Shown here piece after piece: positions 35,913-45,074 of a DNA stretch of 64,000 nt; position 1 is the first letter of the stretch, and each line of letters starts with the position of its first letter. Origin of the DNA: Patescibacteria group bacterium. Its GTDB lineage: Bacteria; Patescibacteriota; Minisyncoccia; UBA6257; GWB1-50-10. The notes under the pieces were generated by a model. The model was given only the letters and a program-made list of their open reading frames with translations. It was not told the origin of the DNA and made no database searches. The stretch is from the NCBI GenBank assembly GCA_023474215.1, contig JAMCYI010000011.1, positions 16,739-80,738 of the forward strand, in the 5' to 3' direction. The position numbers and the translations under genes were made by a program.

Positions 35913-35978
35913 ATAGAAACTTCGCGACTTGGAAGAGCGGAGCGACATTCAATTTCTGTACCCTCCGCCAATCAAATT

Positions 35979-37391
35979 TTATTGATACGTCGCCTGGATC
36001 CACGAGAGCATGCTTTTTGCATCTTTCGCATAGTCGTCCGATCCCAAAACGATAATCACATACGGCCGCTCTTCGGTTGGAACGGTCGAGGTTACGGTTG
36101 ATATTGTTGGGGTGGACGACGTTGCATCGAGGACTGGGAATTCACCGTTGAATATCGAAACGATGGTTCCGCTCGCCGCTCCATTTTGCCCAATCTTTCC
36201 ACCCACAAAATCCGGGTTGTCGGCGAAGACGTTGAAATTCTGAAGGTGCGAAAAAACGCTCGGGCCGTACGCGTTTGGAGCATTGTTATCCGTCGTCATT
36301 TTCAGGATGAAACTCCGGTTGTTGTAGAGATACCGCGCGAAGAGATAGAGATCGTGCGCCGTCGAGACATCACCCCAGTCGCTCCCCGACACATCCACGA
36401 AATGGGTTTGAGTCATGCCGATCGATTGCGCAGTCTGGTTCATGAGGTTCACGAAATATTTCGGCCCGAGGAAATACGAGATGGCGACGGCCGCTTCGTT
36501 CGATGATTCCCTAAGGAGGGGCTGCAAAAGATCGTAAAGGGAGAGCGTTTCGCCGGGCTTGAGGCGCGGAACGGATGTCGGAACAATCATCTCGGGCGTT
36601 ATCGTGATCGTACGCTCGATATTCACGTATTCCACCGCGACGAGCGCAGTCATGAGCTTCGTTAAGGACGCGACGGAAAGCACTTCGTCGGGATTCTTCT
36701 CCGACATCACGAAATTGCTTTCGAGATCGGCCGCGAGATAGCTCTTCGCGCCGATGCCGGGCCCCTGCACCGTTTCCTGAAAATTATCGCTCTTAAAATC
36801 ATCGCTCACGACCAAAACCGGCGTCCCGACGGAAACCGAATCGTACAGCGCTTTTGCATCGGAAGTCGACAGGCGGATGCATCCGCCGGAATACGTGGAC
36901 CCGACCGGCGTACCGTCCGGATAGTACGGCCAGCCGTGGATTAGGAAGTTCCCCTGAAAATCGAGCGCCCATGGACTATAGACATGGGCGATGCTTGAGT
37001 AGTCGCTTGGGATCTTTGATTCGACTTTATAAAGACCGGTCGGCGTTTCCCACCACGATCCCGGCTTCCCCTTTGAGAGGACGGTCACGTCCTCGGCGAT
37101 GGTGCCGTCTTTGTAATATTCCAGCCGCATCGTCGAGAGGTTGACGTAAATGAAGGTCGCTTTCTCGCCGACGAACGTTCCTAAGATCTGCTCATAAAAG
37201 TTTGCGTTCGAAAGAGCCGGCCAGGCGCCATACTGAAACACAATGCCGCCGGGCGTTCCCGCTGGAAGATTAATCTCATAGTTGTAGACGATCTCGCGGT
37301 AGAACACGAAGGCGCCGACCAAGATTCCCGCGACGATCACGAGCGAGACGATGGCAGCCCACAAAGGAACGCGATAGCGAAATACCCCCAT
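35979..37391 (-). CDS. bifunctional peptidoglycan enzyme: N-terminal L,D-transpeptidase (YkuD) domain fused to C-terminal D-alanyl-D-alanine carboxypeptidase (S11-like)
   Basis: LDT motif HGWPYYPDGTPVGSTYSGGCIRL. Serine-peptidase SxxK motif ASLTKLMT and SxN (SSN) downstream. N-terminal TM anchor. Confidence 0.7.
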   Translation of the reverse strand: MGVFRYRVPLWAAIVSLVIVAGILVGAFVFYREIVYNYEINLPAGTPGGIVFQYGAWPALSNANFYEQILGTFVGEKATFIYVNLSTMRLEYYKDGTIAEDVTVLSKGKPGSWWETPTGLYKVESKIPSDYSSIAHVYSPWALDFQGNFLIHGWPYYPDGTPVGSTYSGGCIRLSTSDAKALYDSVSVGTPVLVVSDDFKSDNFQETVQGPGIGAKSYLAADLESNFVMSEKNPDEVLSVASLTKLMTALVAVEYVNIERTITITPEMIVPTSVPRLKPGETLSLYDLLQPLLRESSNEAAVAISYFLGPKYFVNLMNQTAQSIGMTQTHFVDVSGSDWGDVSTAHDLYLFARYLYNNRSFILKMTTDNNAPNAYGPSVFSHLQNFNVFADNPDFVGGKIGQNGAASGTIVSIFNGEFPVLDATSSTPTISTVTSTVPTEERPYVIIVLGSDDYAKDAKSMLSWIQATYQ

Positions 37392-37411
37392 AGGGATTAT
37401 TATAGAGGAAT

Positions 37412-37780
37412 ATGTGGAATCTCATCAAAAGTTACGGGATTTATTTCCTGACGGGCGGTATCTTTACCGCACTCATCGTTGCACTCGAGGAAAACGGCGA
37501 GCGGCTCCTCTCGGGCTTCGCCACGTTGGTGCCGGTTTTCACCCTCGTTGCCTACTTCTTCATCGGCGAATCGAAGGGTGGCGCAGCTGTGGGGCAGCAT
37601 GCGTGGTTCGTTCTCGTGGGAACGATCATCTCGTGGGTCCCTTATATGATCGTGGTTGCAACGCTCGCGCCAAAGATCGGATCGAAAGCCGCCATCGGCG
37701 TCGGCCTCCTGACGTTCTTCATTTGTGCATTCGCGTATCTCGAGATCGTCCATCACTATCATTTCTTCGGCGAGCCATAA
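37412..37780 (+). CDS. hypothetical membrane protein
   Basis: Four hydrophobic segments. Preferred over the overlapping antisense ORF 37400..37981, which is low-complexity. Confidence 0.35.
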   Translation: MWNLIKSYGIYFLTGGIFTALIVALEENGERLLSGFATLVPVFTLVAYFFIGESKGGAAVGQHAWFVLVGTIISWVPYMIVVATLAPKIGSKAAIGVGLLTFFICAFAYLEIVHHYHFFGEP

Positions 37781-38043
37781 TTCTTCCTCTCCAATCCCAT
37801 AAGCATTTCTCGATTGCTTGCGAGTGAAACTTGTTGAGAACGTCAGAAAAATTCCCAAGCTCGCCGCGGCGCCGAGCCAGGCCCCCCGCCGAACGGCGAG
37901 TTGGGTGGCGAGGAGCGTGCGAGCGCGGAGAATTTTTACGTTCAAAATATTTTTGAATGAACAAGCAGTCGGGAAATGCACCTTTTAAAAGTTATCCACA
38001 GATTTTCTCCGCGAAAAACTCTATAATTAAAGAAGAAGAGGAA

Positions 38044-38072
38044 TTTACTGCGATTGAGGAGTCGACAGTCCA
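38044..38072 (+). promoter_or_regulatory. putative sigma-70-like promoter (TTGAGG-17-TAAATT)
   Basis: ttgagg agtcgacagtccaacgg taaatt lies about 35 nt upstream of the small Lys-rich ORF. Confidence 0.35.
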
Positions 38073-38107
38073 ACGGTAAATTTCGTAAACGAAAAATAAA
38101 AAAACCA

Positions 38108-38176
38108 ATGGCAGCAAAGAAAAAGGCGAAGAAGTCTTCAAAGAAAGCCAAGAAGAGCGGCAAAAAGAAAAGATAA
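38108..38176 (+). CDS. tiny lysine-rich peptide (22 aa, MAAKKKAKKSSKKAKKSGKKKR)
   Basis: ATG..TAA ORF absent from the 60-aa track. A strong terminator follows immediately. Confidence 0.35.
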   Translation: MAAKKKAKKSSKKAKKSGKKKR

Positions 38177-38188
38177 ATTGCTCTTATA

Positions 38189-38226
38189 ATCACCCCTCAT
38201 GAGCGAGGGGTGATTATTTTTATGCC
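38189..38226 (+). terminator. Rho-independent terminator
   Basis: atcacccctc-atgagc-gaggggtgat followed by tatttttat. Confidence 0.7.
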
Positions 38227-38247
38227 TGCTATAATAAGTGAAACCCC

Positions 38248-39282
38248 ATGAGTGACCTTAAAACCGTACGCATCATCAAGAAAACCATGCCGGCAGTCGT
38301 TTCGATCGTCCTTTCGAAGGACGTCGACGATTTAAAAGCGGAACTCCAAAAGGAAGGAAAACGGGGGAAGGTTATAAAAATTCCGGAAGACAAAATATCG
38401 CCGGAAGGCACGGTTGAAATCGGTGGCGGTTCGGGATTTTTTGTCGACAAGAGCGGCATCATTCTCACGAACAAGCACGTCATCGCCGAATCGAACGTGC
38501 GCTACAAGATCACAACCGACGACGAACGGACGTTCGACGCGGAACTCTTGGCGCGCGACCCGATCAACGATATTGCCATATTGAAAACAAAGGGCAGTGA
38601 AGGAAAAACGTTCTCCTTTTTGAAACTCGGCGATTCTTCGAGCCTCGATTTGGGCCAAATGGTCCTCGCCATCGGGAACGCACTCGGCATTTTTAAAAAT
38701 ACGGTTTCCATGGGGATCATTTCCGGCCTCTCGCGTTCCGTAAAAGCAAAACCCGATCCGGAAAAACCGATTCAAGAGCTCCGGGGACTCATTCAAACCG
38801 ACGCCGCCATCAATCCCGGAAATTCCGGAGGTCCTTTGGTCGACATGTCGGGGCGCGTCATCGGCATCAACGCCGCCGTCGTCGCCGGAGCGCAAAATAT
38901 CAACTTTGCGATTCCCGTGAATGCGGCGAAACGCGATATCCATGACCTCAAAAAATTCGGAAGGATCCGCCGGCCGCTCCTCGGCATCCGGTACGTAATC
39001 TTGGACAGTGAACTTTCCCGATCGATGCACACCGCCCTCGGCCACGGCGCGTACGTAACGAAAGAACATCCGCTGGACGACGCCGTCATCGCCGGAAGCC
39101 CTGCTGCAAAAGCAGGTATTAAAGAAAAAGATATCATCACGGAATGGAACGGCAAGCCGATCATGGACGGATCTATCCAAGAACTCTTGGAAAATTCGAA
39201 TGTCGGCGACGAGATCAAATTAAAAGTGGTGAGGAACGGCAAGACGTTCGAGACAAGCGTCGTTCTCGCCGAGCGGAAATAA
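38248..39282 (+). CDS. htrA: HtrA/DegP-family serine protease with C-terminal PDZ domain
   Basis: Catalytic triad context TNKHVI, D(IAIL), GNSGGPLVD. C-terminal PDZ (GAYVTKEHPLDDAVIAGSPAAKAGIKEKDII). Confidence 0.85.
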   Translation: MSDLKTVRIIKKTMPAVVSIVLSKDVDDLKAELQKEGKRGKVIKIPEDKISPEGTVEIGGGSGFFVDKSGIILTNKHVIAESNVRYKITTDDERTFDAELLARDPINDIAILKTKGSEGKTFSFLKLGDSSSLDLGQMVLAIGNALGIFKNTVSMGIISGLSRSVKAKPDPEKPIQELRGLIQTDAAINPGNSGGPLVDMSGRVIGINAAVVAGAQNINFAIPVNAAKRDIHDLKKFGRIRRPLLGIRYVILDSELSRSMHTALGHGAYVTKEHPLDDAVIAGSPAAKAGIKEKDIITEWNGKPIMDGSIQELLENSNVGDEIKLKVVRNGKTFETSVVLAERK

Positions 39283-39286
39283 AGGA

Positions 39287-40225
39287 CTAGTACGTATATT
39301 CGTTCACTAAGAGCCCGTTTTGATCGAGTAAGAGAACTCGGTCGTGTTTCGAATCGAACGACCACATGCCGGGGATCCAAGCGATCCATTGATTCGTCAA
39401 AAATCCGGCGGTATCGACGTTCATGTTATAGCACGATGCATAATTGAACCGGTTGAGGAATTGGACGCAGGCCGGTTCGTTGGAAAAAGAATTGAGCGAT
39501 GAGGCACTCGGCGACTTGCACGATCCCAACGAAAGGATGTAGCTTTGGCAATTGCCCGATAAGGCCGAAATGTCCGACCGATTATACATGGGGATGTAGC
39601 TGCACTGAAGCTGCGGCGAAAACGTGTACGTGTTATTGAGATATCCCATGCACTTGTTGATGCGCAAGTTCTTTGCGATGGGACTTGCCGTATTGTAAAC
39701 ATCCAAACGCCCGCCGCTCGGGAGCACGATGTCCGTCGATGGACTCAAACCCGACGGATTGTAATCATTGACTGCCTGCGGAATTTGCATCGAACCTTCG
39801 TTCGATTTGATGGTCCAGCCGCTCACGTCGATCGGCGACGCTGAACCGTACGCCGAAAGCGAAAGGTGGCTGTTATACCAAACGTACGTATAGAGGGATG
39901 TTATCCTTACGTTGCCGTAGAAGGGAGAAAGGTCCGCTGCCGTGAACCCTGGCGGAGGCGTGACCGTCGGCTTCGCGGGCGCACTTGTTGCGGGGTGCGA
40001 TGGCGAGGACGATCCTCCGCTCGTTGCGCCTCCGTTCTTTACCGTGCTCGTTCCGACGGACACCGATGGCGTTCCGTTGTTTGCGGCCGACGGTGCTTGA
40101 TAATTCAGTTTCAAGAGCGAACCGATGTTTTCGAACTTCATCGACCCCTTGAGCTCAGTCACCACATTCACGACGGCGACCGCAATCACGATGAGGACGA
40201 TGATAAGAAAGATGTATTTTCCCAT
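39287..40225 (-). CDS. exported hypothetical protein (Ser/Thr/Pro-rich linker, Cys-containing C-terminal domain)
   Basis: Signal/anchor YIFLIIVLIVIAVAVVNVV. No recognisable domain. Confidence 0.4.
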   Translation of the reverse strand: MGKYIFLIIVLIVIAVAVVNVVTELKGSMKFENIGSLLKLNYQAPSAANNGTPSVSVGTSTVKNGGATSGGSSSPSHPATSAPAKPTVTPPPGFTAADLSPFYGNVRITSLYTYVWYNSHLSLSAYGSASPIDVSGWTIKSNEGSMQIPQAVNDYNPSGLSPSTDIVLPSGGRLDVYNTASPIAKNLRINKCMGYLNNTYTFSPQLQCSYIPMYNRSDISALSGNCQSYILSLGSCKSPSASSLNSFSNEPACVQFLNRFNYASCYNMNVDTAGFLTNQWIAWIPGMWSFDSKHDRVLLLDQNGLLVNEYTY

Positions 40226-40228
40226 AGA

Positions 40229-42616
40229 TTAGACGACGAGGTTAATGATCCTCCCTTTCACATATACCACTTTTTTGATCTTTGCGCTTCCGAGAGCGGC
40301 GGAAACGGTTTCGAGCTTCATTGCGGCTCCTTTCACTGCTTCTTCTTCCGCATCGTGAGGAACCATAACGCTCCCTCGCCGCTTGCCGTTCACCTGAACG
40401 ACGACTTCCACGGCTTCTTCTTTCAAAAGTTCGGGATCGTATGCTGGCCACGACTCGAAATGCACCGATTTCTTGTTCTTCAAGAGATGCCACAATTCGT
40501 CCGCGAGGTGCGGCGCGAACGGCGCGAGAATTTTCAAAAAATCGCTCCAAACGCCCGCCGGAACGGCCGCTTCGTCGCTTGTAGCATTTATAAAGACCAT
40601 CATGGAGCTTATGGCCGTATGGAACGCCATCTTTTCAATGTCGCCGCCGACCTTCTTCACCGTCGCAGCGAGAAGACGCTCGAGCTTTTCATTCCTCGCT
40701 TTTCCGATCTCTTTTTCGTGCGCAATATCCCACGTGCGCCACAAGAACCGCTTCACCCCTTCGATCCCTTTTGCGTCCCAAGCGATCGCCCGATCGAAAG
40801 GCCCCATGAACATTTCATAGACCCGCGCAACATCGGCGCCGTACGCCTCGACGATGGTATCGGGATTCACGACGTTGCCGCGCGATTTTGACATCTTGAC
40901 GCCCCCTTCCCCAAGGATCATTCCTTGCGCCGTCCGCTTTCGGTATGGTTCGCTCGTCGGGACAAGCCCTTGATCGTGGAGGAAAATGTTCCAGAAGCGT
41001 GAATAGAGCAAATGGAGCGTTACGTGTTCCATGCCGCCGTTGTACCAGTCGATCGGCATCCAGTATTTCAGCTTCTTCATCGAAGCAAATTCTTTCGCGT
41101 TCTTCGGATCGGCATATCGCAAAAAATACCAGCTCGATCCAGCCCAATTCGGCATCGTGTCCGTCTCGCGCTTCGCCTTTCCCATACATTTCGGACATCG
41201 GACGTTCACGAAACTCGCGACGGATGCCAAGGGTGATTCACCGTCATCGCGCGGTTGATAATTTTTGACGGGCGGCAGGACGACCGGCAAATCTTTGTCG
41301 GGGACCGGCACGTAGCCGCACGTTTCACAGTGAATGATCGGGATCGGCTCGCCCCAGTATCTTTGGCGCGAAAAGACCCAGTCGCGCAGATGGTAGTTCA
41401 CCGTCTTTTTTCCGCCGACAAATCTCGTGATCTCCGCTTTCGCCTGCTCGGAATCCATCCCGTCGAACTTCCCCGAATTCATAAGACTCCCCTTTCCCTC
41501 CCAAAGCTCGCCCGGCATTCCTCCCGAAACGACACGGACGACCGGCAGATTGAACTTCTTTGCAAACGCGAAATCGCGCACGTCGTGCGCGGGGACTGCC
41601 ATGATCGCACCCGTACCGTACTCGGCAAGGACATAGTCGGCGATCCATACCGGAATTTCCTTTCCATTCGCCGGATTCACCGCCGTGACGCCCTTGAGCT
41701 CGACGCCCGTTTTTTCCTTGTTCTCTGCGGTCCGCTCTTCTTCCGTTTCTTTCCGTGCGGCCTTCACGTATGATTCAACTTCCTTGAAGTTTGAAATTTT
41801 ATCCTTCAATTTCTCAACGAGTTCGTGTTCCGGCGCGAGGACCATATAGGTCGCGCCAAATAAGGTGTCGGGCCTGGTCGTAAATACCTTCATTCGGAGT
41901 GCGGAGTTCGAAATTCGAAATTCCAGTTCCGCCCCTTCGGATCGTCCAATCCAGTTCATCTGCTGCGCCTTGATCTCATCCAAATAATCGACGTGTTCCA
42001 AACCTTTCAGGAGCTTGTCGGCATACGCGGTGATCTTGAGCATCCATTGCGCCTTTTTCCGCTTCTCGACTTCCGCACCGCACCGCTCGCAATGCCCTGC
42101 GATCACTTCTTCGTTCGCGAGGCCGATCTTGTCATTTGGGCACCAATTGATATCGATTTCCGCTTTGTATGCCAAACCTTTTTTGAAAAATTGAAGGAAA
42201 AGCCACTGCGTCCATTTGTAATACTTCGGGTCGGTGGTGTTCACCTCGCGGCTCCAATCGAACGAAAATCCCAAGCTTTTGAGCTGTTTTCGGAAGGTCT
42301 CGGTGTTCTTTTTCGTCGCGACGCGCGGATCGACGCCCGTTTTGATGGCATAGTTCTCGGTGGGGAGTCCAAAAGCATCCCATCCGATCGGATAGAGCAC
42401 GTTATACCCCTCCATCCGCCGCTTGCGGGATACGATGTCCATGGCCGTAAGGCTCCGGATATGGCCGGTGTGGAGCCCTTGGCCGGACGGGTACGGGAAC
42501 TCGATGAGTGAATACCACTTTTTCTTTTTGGAAAAATCGACGGCCTTCCCGATGCCCAGTTTTTCCCATTCTTTCTGCCACTTCTTCTCGATCTTCTTGA
42601 AGTCGTACTTCGCCAT
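40229..42616 (-). CDS. leuS: leucyl-tRNA synthetase
   Basis: N-terminus KYDFKKIEKKWQKEWEK, HIGH-type PYPSGQGLHTGHIRS, KMSKS (VKMSKSRGN), CP1 editing-domain length. Confidence 0.9.
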   Translation of the reverse strand: MAKYDFKKIEKKWQKEWEKLGIGKAVDFSKKKKWYSLIEFPYPSGQGLHTGHIRSLTAMDIVSRKRRMEGYNVLYPIGWDAFGLPTENYAIKTGVDPRVATKKNTETFRKQLKSLGFSFDWSREVNTTDPKYYKWTQWLFLQFFKKGLAYKAEIDINWCPNDKIGLANEEVIAGHCERCGAEVEKRKKAQWMLKITAYADKLLKGLEHVDYLDEIKAQQMNWIGRSEGAELEFRISNSALRMKVFTTRPDTLFGATYMVLAPEHELVEKLKDKISNFKEVESYVKAARKETEEERTAENKEKTGVELKGVTAVNPANGKEIPVWIADYVLAEYGTGAIMAVPAHDVRDFAFAKKFNLPVVRVVSGGMPGELWEGKGSLMNSGKFDGMDSEQAKAEITRFVGGKKTVNYHLRDWVFSRQRYWGEPIPIIHCETCGYVPVPDKDLPVVLPPVKNYQPRDDGESPLASVASFVNVRCPKCMGKAKRETDTMPNWAGSSWYFLRYADPKNAKEFASMKKLKYWMPIDWYNGGMEHVTLHLLYSRFWNIFLHDQGLVPTSEPYRKRTAQGMILGEGGVKMSKSRGNVVNPDTIVEAYGADVARVYEMFMGPFDRAIAWDAKGIEGVKRFLWRTWDIAHEKEIGKARNEKLERLLAATVKKVGGDIEKMAFHTAISSMMVFINATSDEAAVPAGVWSDFLKILAPFAPHLADELWHLLKNKKSVHFESWPAYDPELLKEEAVEVVVQVNGKRRGSVMVPHDAEEEAVKGAAMKLETVSAALGSAKIKKVVYVKGRIINLVV

Positions 42617-42685
42617 TATCCAACTATTCTAACCAAAAAGGGTCTCTTTTCAAAGCCTTACTCTCAATGCCCCAATAATAAAAAA

Positions 42686-42828
42686 GGAAGGGGGATTGTT
42701 TTCGAGGAAGCTCTCGGAGCTCCGATTCGCTCGGTCCGCCGCAGAGGGGAACCGGAGCGAGAGCGCAGGGCGGCACTTGCCGCCGGAGCAAGTGAACGCC
42801 CGGTCCCGAGAAGACAATCTCCCTTCCG
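42686..42828 (-). ncRNA. structured GC-rich element, copy 1 (C-type family), closing stem plus U-run, upstream of leuS
   Basis: Outer stem ggaagggggattgttttcg / cgagaagacaatctcccttcc. Conserved internal blocks GAGGAAGCTCTCGGAG and GAGAGCGCAGGGCGGC...GGAGCAAGTGAACGCCCGGTCCCGAGAAG. On the minus strand the stem is followed by UUUUUUAUUAUU. Strand inferred. Confidence 0.55.
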
Positions 42829-42829
42829 A

Positions 42830-43501
42830 CTAAAACGTGAGGTCTTCCGGCGCGCTCACTTTTTTCCACCACGTCGCCTTCACGATCTTCACACTCTTCC
42901 CATCCCGCACCATTTGCGCCATGGTTTGCGGCAAACCGAATTCTTTCGAGCCCGGGTCCGCCTGGCGCAAGGGATAATCGAAATAGCTCATATCAAGGAC
43001 GTACGCGGCGGCGTTTTCAAGCATATCCTTTCGCGCTTCCGCTTGTTCGTCGATATCAAGCACGTTCCCCGATGCATCTGTTTTGATCTCCGCCCGATGC
43101 TCGCCCGGCGAGAAACGTTCGAGTTCGGCCGCGAGGATCGAAAGCGGGTATCGGACGAGCTCTTCAAGATCTTCTTTTGCGTACAAATCATCGCCCATCA
43201 AAACGAGAAATCGATCTTTTAAAACCGGCCGGCAAAGTCCGAGCGCGTGGCCCGTACCCTTGAGCTCTTTTTGTTCGATGTACGTTATTTTTTTGCCGGC
43301 ATATATTCCGTCAAAGGTCGCCTTAATCTGGTCGCCGAGGTATCCGATCACCATAACGACCTCCTCGACGGCGTCCGGGAGATTGTTCAACTTATATTCC
43401 AAAAGTGTTTTGTCACCGATCTTCAAAAGCGGCTTCGGCGTCCCTTTCGTGAGCTCCTTCATTCTTGTGCCGAGACCGGCCGCCAGTATGACTGCTTGCA
43501 T
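42830..43501 (-). CDS. sugar-phosphate nucleotidyltransferase
   Basis: N-terminal AVILAAGLGTRM...PKPLL signature. Confidence 0.75.
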   Translation of the reverse strand: MQAVILAAGLGTRMKELTKGTPKPLLKIGDKTLLEYKLNNLPDAVEEVVMVIGYLGDQIKATFDGIYAGKKITYIEQKELKGTGHALGLCRPVLKDRFLVLMGDDLYAKEDLEELVRYPLSILAAELERFSPGEHRAEIKTDASGNVLDIDEQAEARKDMLENAAAYVLDMSYFDYPLRQADPGSKEFGLPQTMAQMVRDGKSVKIVKATWWKKVSAPEDLTF

Positions 43502-43506
43502 GATAA

Positions 43507-44370
43507 TTATTGTATACGAAAAATCCTCGCCGCGTTTGCAACTGTCGCTTCCGCCATCTCGCCGGCAGAAATCCCCTTTATTTCCGCAAGCTTCTTCACG
43601 GTTTCGATGACATATACGGGTTCGTTCCGATGTCCGCGGTACGGAACCGGTGCCACGTACGGCGCATCGGTTTCCGAGAGTATCCGGTCAAGGGGGAGAT
43701 ATTTCACGAGCGTCGCATAATCGGGCATACCGGCCTTCGGCGGATAGGTAACGGTGCCACCGAATGTGAAACTAAAGCCCATCTCAAGGAGCTTTTTCGC
43801 ATCGTCTTCGGTGCCGGTAAAGAAATGGATGATGCCCGGAATGGTATTTAGTATTTTGTAGTTAGCATTAAGTATATGAATTAAATCATTGAAAGCATCG
43901 CGGCAGTGGATCATCAATGGCTTTCCGACATCGTGCGCCAATTTTATCTGCCCGAGAAATGCCTCTTTCTGCCGGTGTTTCATTTCAGCTTCATCTCCTT
44001 CGATATGATAATAGTCGAGACCGCATTCGCCGATCGCGACCGTCTTCTGGTCGAGCGCCAGTTCTTTGTAATATTCGTAATCGAATTCCTCGCCGCGGCT
44101 CGTGAATGCTTTCGCCGCATCTCCCCCGCCCAGCTCATTCTCGTCGTGATGCGATTTTGCGGTATGGACGGGGTGGAGGCCGATCGCAGCATAGACCGGA
44201 TCGCTTTCAAATTCGTTGGCAACTTCCACGGCCCGGCGCGAGGTATCTTTTTGCGTCCCGACGTTCACCAAGCCGACCCCGGCATCAAGCGCCCGTCGAA
44301 TCGTGTCGCGGTAATCGTCTTTGAACGCCGAAAAGTGAGCGTGGGTATGAGCGTCGAAAAATTGATTCAT
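43507..44370 (-). CDS. tatD: TatD-family metal-dependent hydrolase
   Basis: FDAHTHAHF, AIGECGLDYY, HCRDAF, SETDAPY motifs. Start trimmed to MNQFFDAH. Confidence 0.8.
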   Translation of the reverse strand: MNQFFDAHTHAHFSAFKDDYRDTIRRALDAGVGLVNVGTQKDTSRRAVEVANEFESDPVYAAIGLHPVHTAKSHHDENELGGGDAAKAFTSRGEEFDYEYYKELALDQKTVAIGECGLDYYHIEGDEAEMKHRQKEAFLGQIKLAHDVGKPLMIHCRDAFNDLIHILNANYKILNTIPGIIHFFTGTEDDAKKLLEMGFSFTFGGTVTYPPKAGMPDYATLVKYLPLDRILSETDAPYVAPVPYRGHRNEPVYVIETVKKLAEIKGISAGEMAEATVANAARIFRIQ

Positions 44371-44441
44371 GTATTGAATTATAGACGAAATAATTCTACT
44401 ATAGGAACCAGTTTGTTTCACAATATATAAGGACCTTCATC

Positions 44442-45074
44442 ATGTTCAAAATAGTAATCTCCGACCTCGACGGCACCCTCGTGGATTCCGCCGGCTTCTA
44501 CTACCGATCATCGGTAAGCATCTTCAAGACCTTCGGCATTCACCCTCCAAGCTTCCAAACCTTCCGCGGAGAAATAACGGGGAATATACCCGGTTTTTTC
44601 TACCGGCACGGTATGAGCCATTCGGTTGCCCCTGAAACCATAGATAAAATGACTCTTTCCTATGTCCGTGAACATTGGCAGGAATACACCATACACCCCG
44701 GCGCACGAACTGCGCTTGCACTTTGCCGAGGGCTCAATATCCCCTTCTTCATCGTGAGCCATAACCTCGACGGCGTGATCAAGAAGGCTATTAAGAAGTT
44801 CGAGTTAGGGCTTTTCGTCACCGGAGCCATTTCTTCCGGCAATAAGAGCGAGTCTCTCTTTGCCATCGTGCGGAAGTATGGTGTTTCACCTCAAGATGTT
44901 TTGTTTATGGATGACACGGCAAGCGGAATACGGGATGGCAAGAATGCTGGCGTCGCAACGTTGGGTTTCCTCGGTGGGTATGAATCAAAATGGAAGATCA
45001 GCCGGGCCCGACCCGATTTTAAAACCGCCAGTTTTCAGGACGTCATGAAGGTGATCGTCCGGCGTCGGATTTAG
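44442..45074 (+). CDS. HAD-superfamily hydrolase (phosphatase)
   Basis: Motif I ISDLDGTL. C-terminal MDDTASGIRDGKNAG (motifs III/IV). Confidence 0.7.
   Translation: MFKIVISDLDGTLVDSAGFYYRSSVSIFKTFGIHPPSFQTFRGEITGNIPGFFYRHGMSHSVAPETIDKMTLSYVREHWQEYTIHPGARTALALCRGLNIPFFIVSHNLDGVIKKAIKKFELGLFVTGAISSGNKSESLFAIVRKYGVSPQDVLFMDDTASGIRDGKNAGVATLGFLGGYESKWKISRARPDFKTASFQDVMKVIVRRRI

Noticed and set aside
37400-37981. 193-aa minus-strand ORF overlapping the plus-strand membrane protein gene
   Set aside because: Low-complexity Arg/Glu-rich sequence with no hydrophobic core. The plus-strand ORF encodes plausible TM helices. Neither is strongly supported.
42617-42829. T-box riboswitch upstream of leuS (and of glyQS at 51249..51577)
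   Set aside because: No T-box consensus sequence (AGGGUGGNACCGCG) or specifier-loop architecture found on the relevant strand. The same element also precedes murD, which is not an aaRS.
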